The notes under the pieces: generated by a model | What the model was told of the DNA's origin: nothing | The model's database searches: none | Seen by the model: the letters and a program-made list of their open reading frames with translations, nothing else | Translations under genes and position numbers: made by a program | Origin: Mobula hypostoma | Taxonomy: Eukaryota | Assembly: GCF_963921235.1 (NCBI RefSeq) | Contig: NC_086097.1 | Coordinates: forward strand, 100,132,001 to 100,196,000 | Direction: 5' to 3' | Length of the DNA stretch: 64,000 nucleotides | Shown: piece after piece, positions 15,001-30,000 of the stretch | Layout of the letters: each line of letters begins with the position of its first letter | Numbering within the stretch: the stretch's first letter is position 1

Positions 15001-18000
15001 CCTCTCCCTACTCAACTTTTCCTTGACAGAACTCTCCCTACTCAACATTTCCTCAACAGCCCACTCCCTACTCAACATTCCCTTAACAGCCCTCTCCCTA
15101 CTCAACATTTCCTCAACAGCTCTCTTCCATCTTAATGTTTCCTTAATAGCCCTCCCCCTACTCAACTTTTCCTCAACAGCCCTCCCCTTACTCAACATTC
15201 CCTCAACAGCCCTCTCCCTAATCAACATTTCCTCGACAGACCACCCTACTCAACGTTCCCTCAACAGCACTCTCCCTACTCAGTATTCACTCAACAGCCC
15301 ACTCCCCGCTCATTTCCTCAACAGCTCTCTCCCGACTCAATATTTCCTTAACAGCTCTCCCCTACTCAATATTTCCTCAACAGCAATCTCCCTCCTCAAC
15401 ATTCCCTCAACAGCCCTCTCCCTACTCTACATTACCTCAACAGCCCTCTCCCTCCTCAACATGCCCTCAGCAGCCCTCTCCCTACTCAATATTACCTTAA
15501 CAGCCCCCCTACTCAACATTCCCTCAACAGCCCACTTCTTCCTTATTTCCTCAAAAGCCCTCTCCCTACTCAACATTTCCTCAACAGCCCTCTCCCTGCT
15601 CATTTCCTCAATAGCCCTCCCCCCACTCAATATTTCCTCAACAGCCTTCTCCCTACTCAACATTCCCGAACAGCCCTCCCCCTACACAATGTTTCCTTAA
15701 CAGCCCTCTCCCTACTCAATATTTCAGCATCCCCTACTCAAAATTCCCTCAACAGACCTGTTCCTACTCAATATTTCCTCAATAGCCCTCCCCGACTCAA
15801 TATTTCCTTAACAGCTCTCCCCTACTCAATATTTCCTCAACAGCAATCTCCCTCCTCAACATTCCCTCAACAGCCCTCTCCCTACTCTACATTACCTCAA
15901 CAGCCCTCTCCCTCCTCAACATGCCCTCAGCAGCCCTCTCCCTACTCAATATTACCTTAACAGCCCCCCTACTCAACATTCCCTCAACAGCCCACTCCTT
16001 CCTTATTTCCTCAAAAGCCCTCTCCCTACTCAACATTTCCTCAACAGCCCTCTCCCTGCTCATTTCCTCAATAGCCCTCCCCCCACTCAATATTTCCTCA
16101 ACAGCCTTCTCCCTACTCAACATTCCTGAACAGCCCTCCCCCTACACAATGTTTCCTTAACAGCCCTCTCCCTACTCAATATTTCAGCATCCCCTACTCA
16201 AAATTCCCTCAACAGACCTGTTCCTACTCAATATTTCCTCAATAGCCCTCCCCAACTCAATATTTCCTCAACAGCCCTCCCCTACTCAACATTTCCTCAA
16301 CAGCTCTCCCCGACTCAATATTCACTCAACAGCCCCTCCCTACTCAATGTTTCGTCGACAGAACTCTCCCTACTCAACATTTCCTCAACAGCCTTCCCCC
16401 TACTCAATATTTCCTGAACAGACCTCCCCTACCCAACATTTCCTCAACAGCTCTGCCCCTACTCAATATACATTCAACAGCCCTCTCCCTACTCAACTTT
16501 TCCTTGACAGAACTCTCCCTACTGAACATTTCCTCAACAGCCCTCTCCCTACTCAACATGCCCTTAACAGCCCTCTCCCTACTCAACATTTCCTCAACAG
16601 CTCTCTCCCATCTTAATGTTTCCTTAATAGCCCTCCCCCTACTCAACGTTTCCTCAACAGCCCTCCACTTACTCAACATTCCCTCAACAGCCCTCTCCCT
16701 AATCAACATTTCCTCGACAGACCTCTCCCTACTCAACTTTTCCTCAACAGCCCACCGTACTCAACATTCCTTCAACAGCCCTCTCCCTACTCAACGTTCC
16801 CTCAACAGCACTCTCCCTACTCAGTATTCACTCAACAGCCCTCTCCATACTCAACGTTTCCTCGACAGACCTCTCCCTACTCAACCTTCCCACAACAGCC
16901 CTGTTCCTGCTCATTTCCTCAACAGCCCACTCCCTACTCAACATTTCCTCAACAGTCCTCTCGCTACTCAACTTTTCCTCGACAGACCTCTCCCTACTCA
17001 ACATTCCCACAACAGCCCACTCCCTGCTCATTTCCTCAACAGCCCTCTCTCTACTCAATATTCCCTCAGCAGCCCTCTCCCTATTGAATATTTCAGCCTC
17101 CCCTACTCAAAATTCCCTGAACAGACCTCTCCCTACTCAATATTTCCTCAACAGCCCTCCCCTATTCAACATTCTCGCCACAGCCCTCCCCTACTCAATA
17201 TTCCCTCAACAGCCCTCTCCCTACTCAACGTTTCCTCAACAGCCCTCTCCCTACTCAACATTCCCTCAACAGCCCTCTCCCTACTCAACGTTTCCTCAAC
17301 AGCCCTCTCCCTACTCAACATTCCCTCAACAGCCCTCTCCCTACTCAACGTTTCTTCGACAGCCCTCTCCCTACTCAACATTTCCTCAACAGCTCTCCCC
17401 GACTCAATATTCACTCAACAGCCCCTCCCTACTCAACGTTTCCTCGACAGAACTCTTTCTACTCAACATTTCCTCAACAGCCTTCCCCCTACTCAATATT
17501 TCCTGAACAGACCTCCCCTACCCAACATTTCCTCAACAGCTCTGTCCCTACTCAATATACATTCAACAGCCCTCTCCCTTCTCAACTTTTCCTCGACAGA
17601 ACTCTCCCTACTCAACATTTCCTCAACAGCCCTCTCCCTACTCAACATGCCCTTAACAGCCCTCTCCCTACTCAACATTTCCTCAACAGCTCTCTCCCAT
17701 CTTAATGTTTCCTTAATAGCCCTCCCCCTACTCAACGTTTCCTCAACAGCCCTCCCCTTACTCACCATTCCCTCACTCACCATTCCCGCAACAGCCCTCT
17801 CCCTAATCAACATTTCCTCGACAGACCTCTCCCTACTCAACTTTTCCTCAACAGCCCACCGTACTCAACATTCCTTCAACAGTCCTCTCCCTACTCAACG
17901 TTCCCTCAACAGCACTCTCCCTACTCAGTATTCACTCAACAGCCCTCTCCATACTCAACGTTTCCTCGACAGACCTCCTCTCCTTGAACATTAACTCAAC

Positions 18001-21000
18001 TCAACACCCCTACTCAGCATTCCCTCAACAGCCATCTCCCTAATCAACATTCCCTGACTCAACCTTCCCACAACAGCCCTGTTCCTACTCATTTCCTCAA
18101 CAGCCCTTTCCCTACTCAACATTCCCTCAACAGCCCTCCCCCTACTCAATGTTTCCTTAACAGCCCTGTCCCTACTCAACATTCCCTCAACAGCCCTCTC
18201 CCTACTCAACGTTTCTTCGACAGCCCTCTTCCTACTCAACATTCCCTGAACAGCCCTGCCCCTGCTCATTTCCTCAATAGTCCTCCCTCCACTCAATATT
18301 TCCTCAACAGCCCTCTCCCTACTCAACATTCCGTCAACAGCCCTCTCCCTACTCAACATTCCCTCAACAGCCCTCCCCTACTCAATGTTTCATTAACAGC
18401 CCTGTCCCTACTCAACATTCCCTCAGCAGCCCTCTCCCTACTCAATATTTCAGCCTCCCCTACTCAAAATTCCCTCAACAGACCTCTTCCTACTCAATAT
18501 TTCCTCAATAGCCCTCCCCAACTCAATATTTCTTCAACAGCCCTCCCCTACTCAATATGCGCTCAACAGCCCTCTCCCTACTCAACATTCCCTCAATAGC
18601 CCTCCCCTACTCAATATTTCCTCAACAACCCTCCCCTACTCAACTTTTCCTCGACAGCCCTCTCCCTACTCAACATTCCCTCAACAGCCCTCTCCCTACT
18701 CAACATTCCCTCAGCAGCCCTCTCCCTATTGAATATTTCAGCCTCCCCTACTCAAAATTCCCTCAACAGACCTCTCACTACTCAATATTTCCTCAACAGC
18801 CCTCCCCTATTCAACATTCTCTCCACAGCCCTCCCCTACTCAATATTCCCTAAACAGCCCTCTCCCTACTCAACGTTTCCTCAACAGCCCTCTCCCTACT
18901 CAACGTTCCCTCAACAGCCCTCTCCCTACTCAACGTTTCTTCGACAGCCCTCTCCCTACTCAACATTTCCTCAACAGCTCTCCCCGACTCAATATTCACT
19001 CAACAGCCCTCTCCCTACTGAACGTTTCCTCGACAGAACTCTCCCTACTCAACATTTCCTCAACAGCCTTCCCCCTACTCAATATTTCCTGAACAGACCT
19101 CCCCTACCCAACATTTCCTCAACAGCTCTGTCCCTACTCAATATACATTCAACAGCTCTCTCCCTACTCAACTTTTCCTCGACAGAACTCTCCCTACTCA
19201 ACATTTCCTCAACAGCCCTCTCCCTACTCAACATGCCCTTAACAGCCCTCTCCCTACTCAACATTTCCTCAACAGCTCTCTCCCATCTTAATGTTTCCTT
19301 AATAGCCCTCCCCCTACTCAACGTTTCCTCAACAGCCCTCTCCTTACTCAACATTCCCTCAACAGCCCTCTCCCTAATCAACATTTCCTCGACAGACCTC
19401 TCCCTACTCAACTTTTCCTCAACAACCCACCGTACTCAACATTCCTTCAACAGCCCTCTCCCTACTCAACGTTCCCTCAACAGCACTCTCCCTACTCAAT
19501 ATTCCCTCAACAGCCCTCTCCCTACTCAACATTCCCTCAACAGCCCTCTCCCTACTCAACGTTTCTTCGACAGCCCTCTTCCTACTCAACATTCCCTCAA
19601 AAGCCCTGCCCCTGCTCATTTACTCAATAGTCCTCCCCCCACTCAATATTTCCTCAACAGCCCTCTCCCTACTCAACATTCCCTCAACAGCCCTCTCCCT
19701 ACTCAACATTCCCTCAACAGCCCTCCNNNNNNNNNNNNNNNNNNNNNNNNNNNNNNNNNNNNNNNNNNNNNNNNNNNNNNNNNNNNNNNNNNNNNNNNNN
19801 NNNNNNNNNNNNNNNNNNNNNNNNNNNNNNNNNNNNNNNNNNNNNNNNNNNNNNNNNNNNNNNNNNNNNNNNNNNNNNNNNNNNNNNNNNNNNNNNNNNN
19901 NNNNNNNNNNNNNNNNNNNNNNNNNNATTACCTCAATAGCCCTCCCCTACTCAATATTTCCTCAACAGCCCTCCCCCTACTCAACATTCCCTCAACAGCC
20001 CTCCCCTAGTCAATATTCCCTCAACAGCCCTCTCCCTACTCAACATTCCCTCAACAGCCCTCCACTACTCAATATTTCCTGAACAGCCCTCCCCTACACA
20101 ACATTTCCTCAACAGACCTCTCCCTACTCAACATTCCCAAAACAGCCCACTCCCTACTCAACATTTCCTCAACAACCCTCTCCCTACTCAATATTTCCTC
20201 AGCAGGCCTCCCCCTACTCAATATTTCCTCAACAGCCCTCTCCCTACTCAACATTCCATCAGCAGCCCTCCCCTAATCAATATTTCCTCAACAGCCCTCT
20301 CCCTACTCAACATTTCCTGAACAGCCCTCTCCCTACTCAACATTCCCTCAGCAGCCCTCCACCTACTAAATGTTGCCTTAACAGCCCTCTCCCTACTCAA
20401 TATTTCTGCCTCCCCTACTCAAAATTCCCTTAACAGACCTCTCCCTACTCAACATTTCCTCAATACCCCTCCCCACTCAACGTTTCCTCAACAGACCTCC
20501 CCTTACTCAACATTCCCTCTACAGCCCACTCCTTGCTCATTTCCTCAACAGCCCTCTCCCTACTCAACGTTTCCTCAACAGCCCTCTACCTACTCAATAT
20601 TTCCTCAACAGCCCTCTCCCTACTCAACATTACTTCAACAGCCCACTCCCTGCTGATTTCCTCAACAGCCCTCTCCCTATTCAATATTTCAGCCGCCCCT
20701 AATCAAAATTCCCTCAACAGACCTATCCCTACTCAATATTACCTCAACAGCCCTCCCCTACTCAATATTTCCTCAACAGCCTTCCCCTACTCAACATTTC
20801 CTCAACAGCTCTCCCCCACTCAACATTCTCTCAACAGCCCTCTCCCTACTCAACATTCCCTCAACAGCCCTCTCCCTACTCAACATTCCCTCAACAGCCC
20901 TCTCCCTACTCAATATTTCCTCAACAGCCCTCTCCCTACTCAATATTTCATTAACAGTCCTCTCCCTACTCAACATTACCTCAACAGACCACTCCCTGCT

Positions 21001-24000
21001 CATTTTCTCAACAGCCCATTCCCTACTCAACATTCCCTCAACTGCCCACTCCTTGCTCATTTCCTCGACAGCCCTCTCCCTACTCAACATTCCCTCAACT
21101 GCCCACTCCTTGCTCATTTCCTCGACAGCCCTCTCCCTACTCAACATTACCTCAACAGACCACTCCCTGCTCATTTTTTCAACAGCCCTCTCCCTACTCA
21201 ATATTTCCTCAACAGCCCTCCCCTACTCAACATTCCCTCAACAGCCCTCTCCCTAATCAACATTCCCTCAACAGCCCACTCCCTGCTCATTTCCTCAACA
21301 GCCCGCTCCTACTCAATATTTCCTCAACAGTCTCTCCCTACTCAATATTTCCTCAACAGCCCTCTCTCTACTCAACATTCCCTCAACAGCCCTCTCCCTA
21401 CTCAACATTCCCTCAACAGCCCTCCCTCTACTCAATGTTGCCTTAACAGCGCTCTCCCTACTCAATATTTCAGCCTCTCCTACTCAAAATTCCCTTAACA
21501 GACCTCTCCCTACTCAACATTACCTCAGCAGCCCACTCCCAGCTCCTCTCCTCAACAGCCCTTTCCCTCCTCCATATTTCCTCAACAGCCCACCCCCACT
21601 CAATATTTCCTCAACAGCCCTCCCCCTACTCAACATTCCCTGAACAGCCCACTCCTTGCTCATTTCCTCAACAGACCTCTCCCTAATCAACGTTTCCTTG
21701 ACAGCCCTCTCCCTACTCAACGTTTCCTCAACAGCCCTCTCCCTACTCAACATTCCCTCAGCAGCCCTCTCCCTACTCAATATTTCGGCCTCCCTACTCA
21801 AAATTCCCTCAACAGACCTCTTCCTACTCAATATTACCTCAATAGCCCTCCCCTACTCAATATTTCCTCAACAGCCCTCCCCCTACTCAACATTCCCTCA
21901 ACAGCCCTCCCCTAGTCAATATTCCCTCAACAGCCCTCTCCCTACTCAACATTCCCTCAACAGCCCTCCACTACTCAATATTTCCTGAACAGCCCTCCCC
22001 TACACAACATTTCCTCAACAGACCTCTCCCTACTCAACATTCCCATAACAGCCCACTCCCTGCTCATTTCCTCAACAACCCTCTCCCTACTCAATATTTC
22101 CTCAGCAGGCCTCCCCCTACTCAATATTTCCTCAACAGCCCTCTCCCTACTCAACATTCCATCAGCAGCCCTCCCCTAATCAATATTTCCTCAACAGCCC
22201 TCACCCTACTCAACATTCCCTCAACAGCCCTCTCCCTACTCAACATTCCCTCAGCAGCCCTCCACCTACTAAATGTTGCCTTAACAGCCCTCTCCCTACT
22301 CAATATTTCTCAACAGCCCTCCCCTACTCAAAATTCCCTTAACAGACCTCTCCCTACTCAACATTTCCTCAATACCCCTCCCCACTCAACGTTTCCTCAA
22401 CAGACCTCCCCTTACTCAACATTCCCTCTACAGCCCACTCCTTGCTCATTTCCTCAACAGCCCTCTCCCTACTCAACGTTTCCTCAACAGCCCTCTACCT
22501 ACTCAATATTTCCTCAACAGCCCTCTCCCTACTCAACATTACTTCAACAGCCCACTCCCTGCTGATTTCCTCAACAGCCCTCTCCCTACTCAATATTTCA
22601 GCCGCCCCTAATCAAAATTCCCTCAACAGACCTATCCCTACTCAATATTACCTCAACAGCCCTCCCCTACTCAATATTTCCTCAACAGCCTTCCCCTACT
22701 CAACATTTCCTCAACAGCTCTCCCCCACTCAACATTCTCTCAACAGCCCTCTCCCTACTCAACATTCGCTCAGCCGCCCACTCCTTGCTCATTTTCCTCA
22801 ACAGCCCTCTCCCTACTCAATATTTCCTCAACAGCCCTCTCCCTACTCAATATTTCATTAACAGTCCTCTCCCTACTCAACATTACCTCAACAGACCACT
22901 CCCTGCTCATTTTCTCAACAGCCCATTCCCTACTCAACATTCCCTCAACTGCCCACTCCTTGCTCATTTCCTCGACAGCCCTCTCCCTACTCAACATTCC
23001 CTCAACTGCCCACTCCTTGCTCATTTCCTCGACAGCCCTCTCCCTACTCAACATTACCTCAACAGACCACTCCCTGCTCATTTTCTCAACAGCCCTCTCC
23101 CTACTCAATATTTCCTCAACAGCCCTCCCCTACTCAACATTCCCTCAACAGCCCTCTCCCTAATCAACATTCCCTCAACAGCCCACTCCCTGCTCATTTC
23201 CTCAACAGCCCGCTCCTACTCAATATTTCCTCAACAGTCTCTCCCTACTCAATATTTCCTCAACAGCCCTCTCTCTACTCAACATTCCCTCAACAGCCCT
23301 CTCCCTACTCAACATTCCCTCAACAGCCCTCCCTCTACTCAATGTTGCCTTAACAGCGCTCTCCCTACTCAATATTTCAGCCTCTCCTACTCAAAATTCC
23401 CTTAACAGACCTCTCCCTACTCAACATTACCTCAGCAGCCCACTCCCAGCTCCTCTCCTCAACAGCCCTTTCCCTCCTCCATATTTCCTCAACAGCCCAC
23501 CCCTACTCAATATTTCCTCAACAGCCCTCCCCCTACTCAACATTCCCTGAACAGCCCACTCCTTGCTCATTTCCTCAACAGACCTCTCCCTAATCAACGT
23601 TTCCTTGACAGCCCTCTCCCTACTCAACGTTTCCTCAACAGCCCTCTCCCTACTCAACATTCCCTCAGCAGCCCTCTCCCTACTCAATATTTCGGCCTCC
23701 CTACTCAAAATTCCCTCAACTGACCTCTTCCTACTCAATATTACCTCAATACCCTCCCCTACTCAATATTTCCTCAACAGCCCTCCCCTACTCAACATTC
23801 CCTCAACAGCCCTCCCCTAGTCAATATTCCCTCAACAGCCCTCTCCCTACTCAACATTCCCTCAACAGCCCTCCCCTACTCAGTATTTCCTGAACAGCCC
23901 TCCCCTACACAACATTTCCTCAACAGACCTCTCCCTACTCAACATTCCCATAACAGCCCACTCCCTGCTCATTTCCTCAACAACCCTCTCCCTACTCAAT

Positions 24001-27000
24001 ATTTCCTCAACAGGCCTCCCCCTACTCAATATTTCCTCAACAGCCCTCTCCCTACTCAACATTCCATCAGCAGCCCTCCCCTACTCAATATTTCCTCAAC
24101 AGCCCTCACCCTACTCAACATTCCCTCAACAGCCCTCTCGCTACTCAACATTCCCTCAGCAGCCCTCCACCTACTAAATGTTGCCTTAACAGCCCTCTCC
24201 CTACTCAATATTTCTGCCTCCCCTACTCAAAATTCCCTTAACAGACCTCTCCCTACTCAACATTTCCTCAACACCCCTCCCCACTCAACGTTTCCTCAAC
24301 AGACCTCCCCTTACTCAACATTCCCTCTACAGCCCACTCCTTGCTCATTTCCTCAACAGCCCTCTCCCTACTCAACGTTTCCTCAACAGCCCTCTCCCTA
24401 CTCAATATTTCCTCAACAGCCCTCTCCCTACTCAACATTACTTCAACAGCCCACTCCCTGCTGATTTCCTCAACAGTCCTCTCCCTACTCAATATTTTCT
24501 CAAAAGCCCTCCCCTACTCAATGTTTCCGTAACAGCCCTCTCTCTACTCAACATTCCCTCAACAGCCCTCTCCCTACTCAATATTTCAGCCTCCCCTAAT
24601 CAAAATTCCCTCAACAGACCTATCCCTACTCAATATTACCTCAACAGCCCTCCCCTACTCAATATTTCCTCAACAGCCTTCCCCTACTCAACATTTCCTC
24701 AACAGCTCTCCCCCACTCAACATTCTCTCAACAGCCCTCTCCCTACTCAACATTCGCTCAGCCGCCCACTCCTTGCTCATTTCCTCAACAGCCCTCTCCC
24801 TACTCAATATTTCCTCAACAGCCCTCTCCCTACTCAATATTTCCTTAACAGCCCTCTCCCTACTCAACATTCCCTCAACAGCCCACTCCTTGCTCATTTC
24901 CTCGACAGCCCTCTCCCTACTCAACATTCCCTCAACTGCCCACTCCTTGCTCATTTCCTCGACAGCCCTCTCCCTACTCAACATTACCTCAACTGCCCAC
25001 TCCTTGCTCATTTTCTCAACAGCCCTCTCCCTACTCAATATTTCCTCAACAGCCCTCCCCTACTCAACATTCCCTCAACAGCCCTCTCACTAATCAACAT
25101 TCCCTCAACAGCCCACTCCCTGCTCATTTCCTCAACAGCCCGCTCATACTCAATATTTCCTCAACAGTCTCTCCCTACTCAATATTTCCTCAACAGCCCT
25201 CTCTCTACACAACATTCCCTCAACAGCCCTCTCCCTACTCAACATTCCCTCAACAGCCCTCCCTCTACTCAATGTTGCCTTAACAGCGCTCTCCCTACTC
25301 AATATTTCAGCCTCTCCTACTCAAAATTCCCTTAACAGACCTCTCCCTACTCAACATTACCTCAACTGCCCACTCCTTGCTCATTTCCTCGACAGCCCTC
25401 TCCCTACTCAAAATTCCCTCAACTGCCCACTCCTTGCTCATTTTCTCAACAGCCCTCTCCCTACTCAATATTTCCTCAACAGCCCTCCCCTACTCAGCAT
25501 TCCCTCAACAGCCCTCTCCCTAATCAACATTCCCTCAACAGCCCACTCCCTGCTCAACATTCCTCAACAGCCCGTTCCTACTCAATATTTCCTCAACAGT
25601 CCTCCCCTACTCAATATTTCCTCAACAGCCCTCTCTCTACTCAACATTCCCTCAACAGCCCTCTCCCTACTCAACATTCCCTCAACAGCCCTCCCTCTAC
25701 TCAATGTTGCCTTAACAGCGCTCTCCCTACTCAATATTTCAGCCTCTCCTACTCAAAATTCCCTTAACAGACCTCTTCCTACTCAACATTACCTCAGCAG
25801 CCCACTCCCTGCTCCTCTCCTCAACAGCCCTTTCCCTACTCCATATTTCCTCAACAGCCCACCCCTACTCAATATTTCCTCAACAGCTCTCCCCCACTCA
25901 ACATTCTCTCAACAGCCCTCTCCCTACTCAACATTTGCTCAGCCGCCCACTCCTTGCTCATTTCCTCAACAGCCCTCTCCCTACTCAATATTTCCTCAAC
26001 AGCCCTCTCCCTACTCAATATTTCATCAACAGTCCTCTCCCTACTCAACATTCCCTCAACTGCCCACTCCTTGCTCATTTCCTCGACAGCCCTCTCCCTA
26101 CTCAACATTCCCTCAACTGCCCACTCCTTGCTCATTTCCTCGACAGCCCTCTCCCTACTCAACATTACCTCAACTGCCCACTCCTTGCTCATTTTCTCAA
26201 CAGCCCTCTCCCTACTCAATATTTCCTCAACAGCCGTCCCCTACTCAACATTCCCTCAACAGCCCTCTCACTAATCAACATTCCCTCAACAGCCCACTCC
26301 CTGCTCATTTCCTCAACAGCCCGCTCATACTCAATATTTCCTCAACAGTCTCTCCCTACTCAATATTTCCTCAACAGCCCTCTCTCTACACAACATTCCC
26401 TCAACAGCCCTCTCCCTACTCAACATTCCCTCAACAGCCCTCCCTCTACTCAATGTTGCCTTAACAGCGCTCTCCCTACTCAATATTTCAGCCTCTCCTA
26501 CTCAAAATTCCCTTAACAGACCTCTCCCTACTCAACATTACCTCAACTGCCCACTCCTTGCTCATTTCCTCGACAGCCCTCTCCCTACTCAAAATTCCCT
26601 CAACTGCCCACTCCTTGCTCATTTTCTCAACAGCCCTCTCCCTACTCAATATTTCCTCAACAGCCCTCCCCTACTCAACATTCCCTCAACAGCCCTCTCC
26701 CTAATCAACATTCCCTCAACAGCCCACTCCCTGCTCATTTCCTCAACAGCCCGCTCCTACTCAATATTTCCTCAACAGTCCTCCCCTACTCAATATTTCC
26801 TCAACAGCCCTCTCTCTACTCAACATTCCCTCAACAGCCCTCTCCCTACTCAACATTCCCTCAACAGCCCTCCCTCTACTCAATGTTGCCTTAACAGCGC
26901 TCTCCCTACTCAATATTTCAGCCTCTCCTACTCAAAATTCCCTTAACAGACCTCTTCCTACTCAACATTACCTCAGCAGCCCACTCCCTGCTCCTCTCCT

Positions 27001-30000
27001 CAACAGCCCTTTCCCTACTCCATATTTCCTCAACAGCCCACCCCTACTCAATATTTCCTCAACAGCCCTCCCCCTACTCAACATTCCCTGAACAGCCCAC
27101 TCCTTGCTCATTTCCTCAACAGACCTCTCCCTAATCAACGTTTCCTTGACAGCCCTCTCCCTACTCAACGTTTCCTCAACAGCCCTCTCCCTACTCAACA
27201 TTCCCTCAGCAGCCCTCTCCCTACTCAATATTTCGGCCTCCCTACTCAAAATTCCCTCAACAGACCTCTTCCTACTCAATATTACCTCATAGCCCTCCCC
27301 TACTCAATATTTCCTCAACAGCCCTCCCCCTACTCAACATTCCCTCAACAGCCCTCCCCTAGTCAATATTCCCTCAACAGCCCTCTCCCTACTCAACATT
27401 CCCTCAACAGCCCTCCCCTACTCAATATTTCCTGAACAGCCCTCCCCTACACAACATTTCCTCAACAGACCTCTCCCTACTCAACATTCCCATAACAGCC
27501 CACTCCCTGCTCATTTCCTCAACAACCCTCTCCCTACTCAATATTTCCTCAACAGGCCTCCCCCTACTCAATATTTCCTCAACAGCCCTCTCCCTACTCA
27601 ACATTCCATCAGCAGCCCTCTCCCTATTGAATATTTCAGCCTCCCCTACTGAAAATTCCCTCAACAGACCTCTCCCTACTCAATATTTCCTCAACAGCCC
27701 TCCCCTACTCAATATTTCCTCAATAGCCCTACCCCTACTCAACATTCTCTCAACAGCCCTCCCCTAGTCAATATTCCCTGAACAGCCCACTCCCTACTCC
27801 ATTTCCCTCAACACCCCTTTAGCTACTCAATATTCCATCAACAGCCCTCTCCCTACTCAACATTCCCTCAACAGCCCTCTCCCTACTCAACATTTCCTCA
27901 ACAGACCTCCCCTACTCAACATTCCCTCAACAGCCCTCTCCCTACTCAATGTTTCCTCAACAGCCCTCCCCTTACTCAACATTCCCTCAACAACCCTCTG
28001 TATAATCAACGTTTCCTCGACAGCCTTCTCCCTACTCAACATTCCCTCAACAGCCCTCTCCCTACTCAACATTTCCTCAACAGACCTCCCCACTCAACGT
28101 TTCCTCAACAGACCTCCCCTTACTCAACATTCCCTCTACAGCCCACTCCTTGCTCATTTCCTCAACAGCCCTCTCCCTACTCAACGTTTCCTCAACAGCC
28201 CTCTACCTACTCAATATTTCCTCAACAGCCCTCTCCCTACTCAACATTACTTCAACAGCCCACTCCCTGCTGATTTCCTCAACAGTCCTCTCCCTACTCA
28301 ATATTTTCTCAAAAGCCCTCCCCTACTCAATGTTTCCGTAACAGCCCTCTCTCTACTCAACATTCCCTCAACAGCCCTCTCCCTACTCAATATTTCAGCC
28401 TCCCCTAATCAAAATTCCCTCAACAGACCTATCCCTACTCAATATTACCTCAACAGCCCTCCCCTACTCAATATTTCCTCAACAGCCTTCCCCTACTCAA
28501 CATTTCCTCAACAGCTCTCCCCCACTCAACATTCTCTCAACAGCCCTCTCCCTACTCAACATTTGCTCAGCCGCCCACTCCTTGCTCATTTCCTCAACAG
28601 CCCTCTCCCTACTCAATATTTCCTCAACAGCCCTCTCCCTACTCAATATTTCATCAACAGTCCTCTCCCTACTCAACATTCCCTCAACTGCCCACTCCTT
28701 GCTCATTTCCTCGACAGCCCTCTCCCTACTCAACATTCCCTCAACTGCCCACTCCTTGCTCATTTCCTCGACAGCCCTCTCCCTACTCAACATTACCTCA
28801 ACTGCCCACTCCTTGCTCATTTTCTCAACAGCCCTCTCCCTACTCAATATTTCCTCAACAGCCCTCCCCTACTCAACATTCCCTCAACAGCCCTCTCACT
28901 AATCAACATTCCCTCAACAGCCCACTCCCTGCTCATTTCCTCAACAGCCCGCTCATACTCAATATTTCCTCAACAGTCTCTCCCTACTCAATATTTCCTC
29001 AACAGCCCTCTCTCTACACAACATTCCCTCAACAGCCCTCTCCCTACTCAACATTCCCTCAACAGCCCTCCCTCTACTCAATGTTGCCTTAACAGCGCTC
29101 TCCCTACTCAATATTTCAGCCTCTCCTACTCAAAATTCCCTTAACAGACCTCTCCCTACTCAACATTACCTCAACTGCCCACTCCTTGCTCATTTCCTCG
29201 ACAGCCCTCTCCCTACTCAAAATTCCCTCAACTGCCCACTCCTTGCTCATTTTCTCAACAGCCCTCTCCCTACTCAATATTTCCTCAACAGCCCTCCCCT
29301 ACTCAACATTCCCTCAACAGCCCTCTCCCTAATCAACATTCCCTCAACAGCCCACTCCCTGCTCATTTCCTCAACAGCCCGCTCCTACTCAATATTTCCT
29401 CAACAGTCCTCCCCTACTCAATATTTCCTCAACAGCCCTCTCTCTACTCAACATTCCCTCAACAGCCCTCTCCCTACTCAACATTCCCTCAACAGCCCTC
29501 CCTCTACTCAATGTTGCCTTAACAGCGCTCTCCCTACTCAATATTTCAGCCTCTCCTACTCAAAATTCCCTTAACAGACCTCTTCCTACTCAACATTACC
29601 TCAGCAGCCCACTCCCTGCTCCTCTCCTCAACAGCCCTTTCCCTACTCCATATTTCCTCAACAGCCCACCCCTACTCAATATTTCCTCAACAGCCTCCCC
29701 CTACTCAACATTCCCTCAACAGCCCACTCCCTCATTTCTCAACAGACCTTCCTCAACGTTTCCTTGACCCCTCTCCCTACTCAACGTTTCCTCAACAGCC
29801 CTCTCCCTACTCAATATTTCCTCAACAGCCCTCTCCCTACTCAATATTTCATCAACAGCCTCTCCCTACTCAACATTCCCTCAACTGCCCTCTTCCTACT
29901 CAATATTCCTCACAGCCCTCCCCTACTCAATATTCCCTCAACAGCCCTCCCCCTACTCAACATTCCCTCAACAGCCCTCTCCCTACTCAATATTCCCTCA

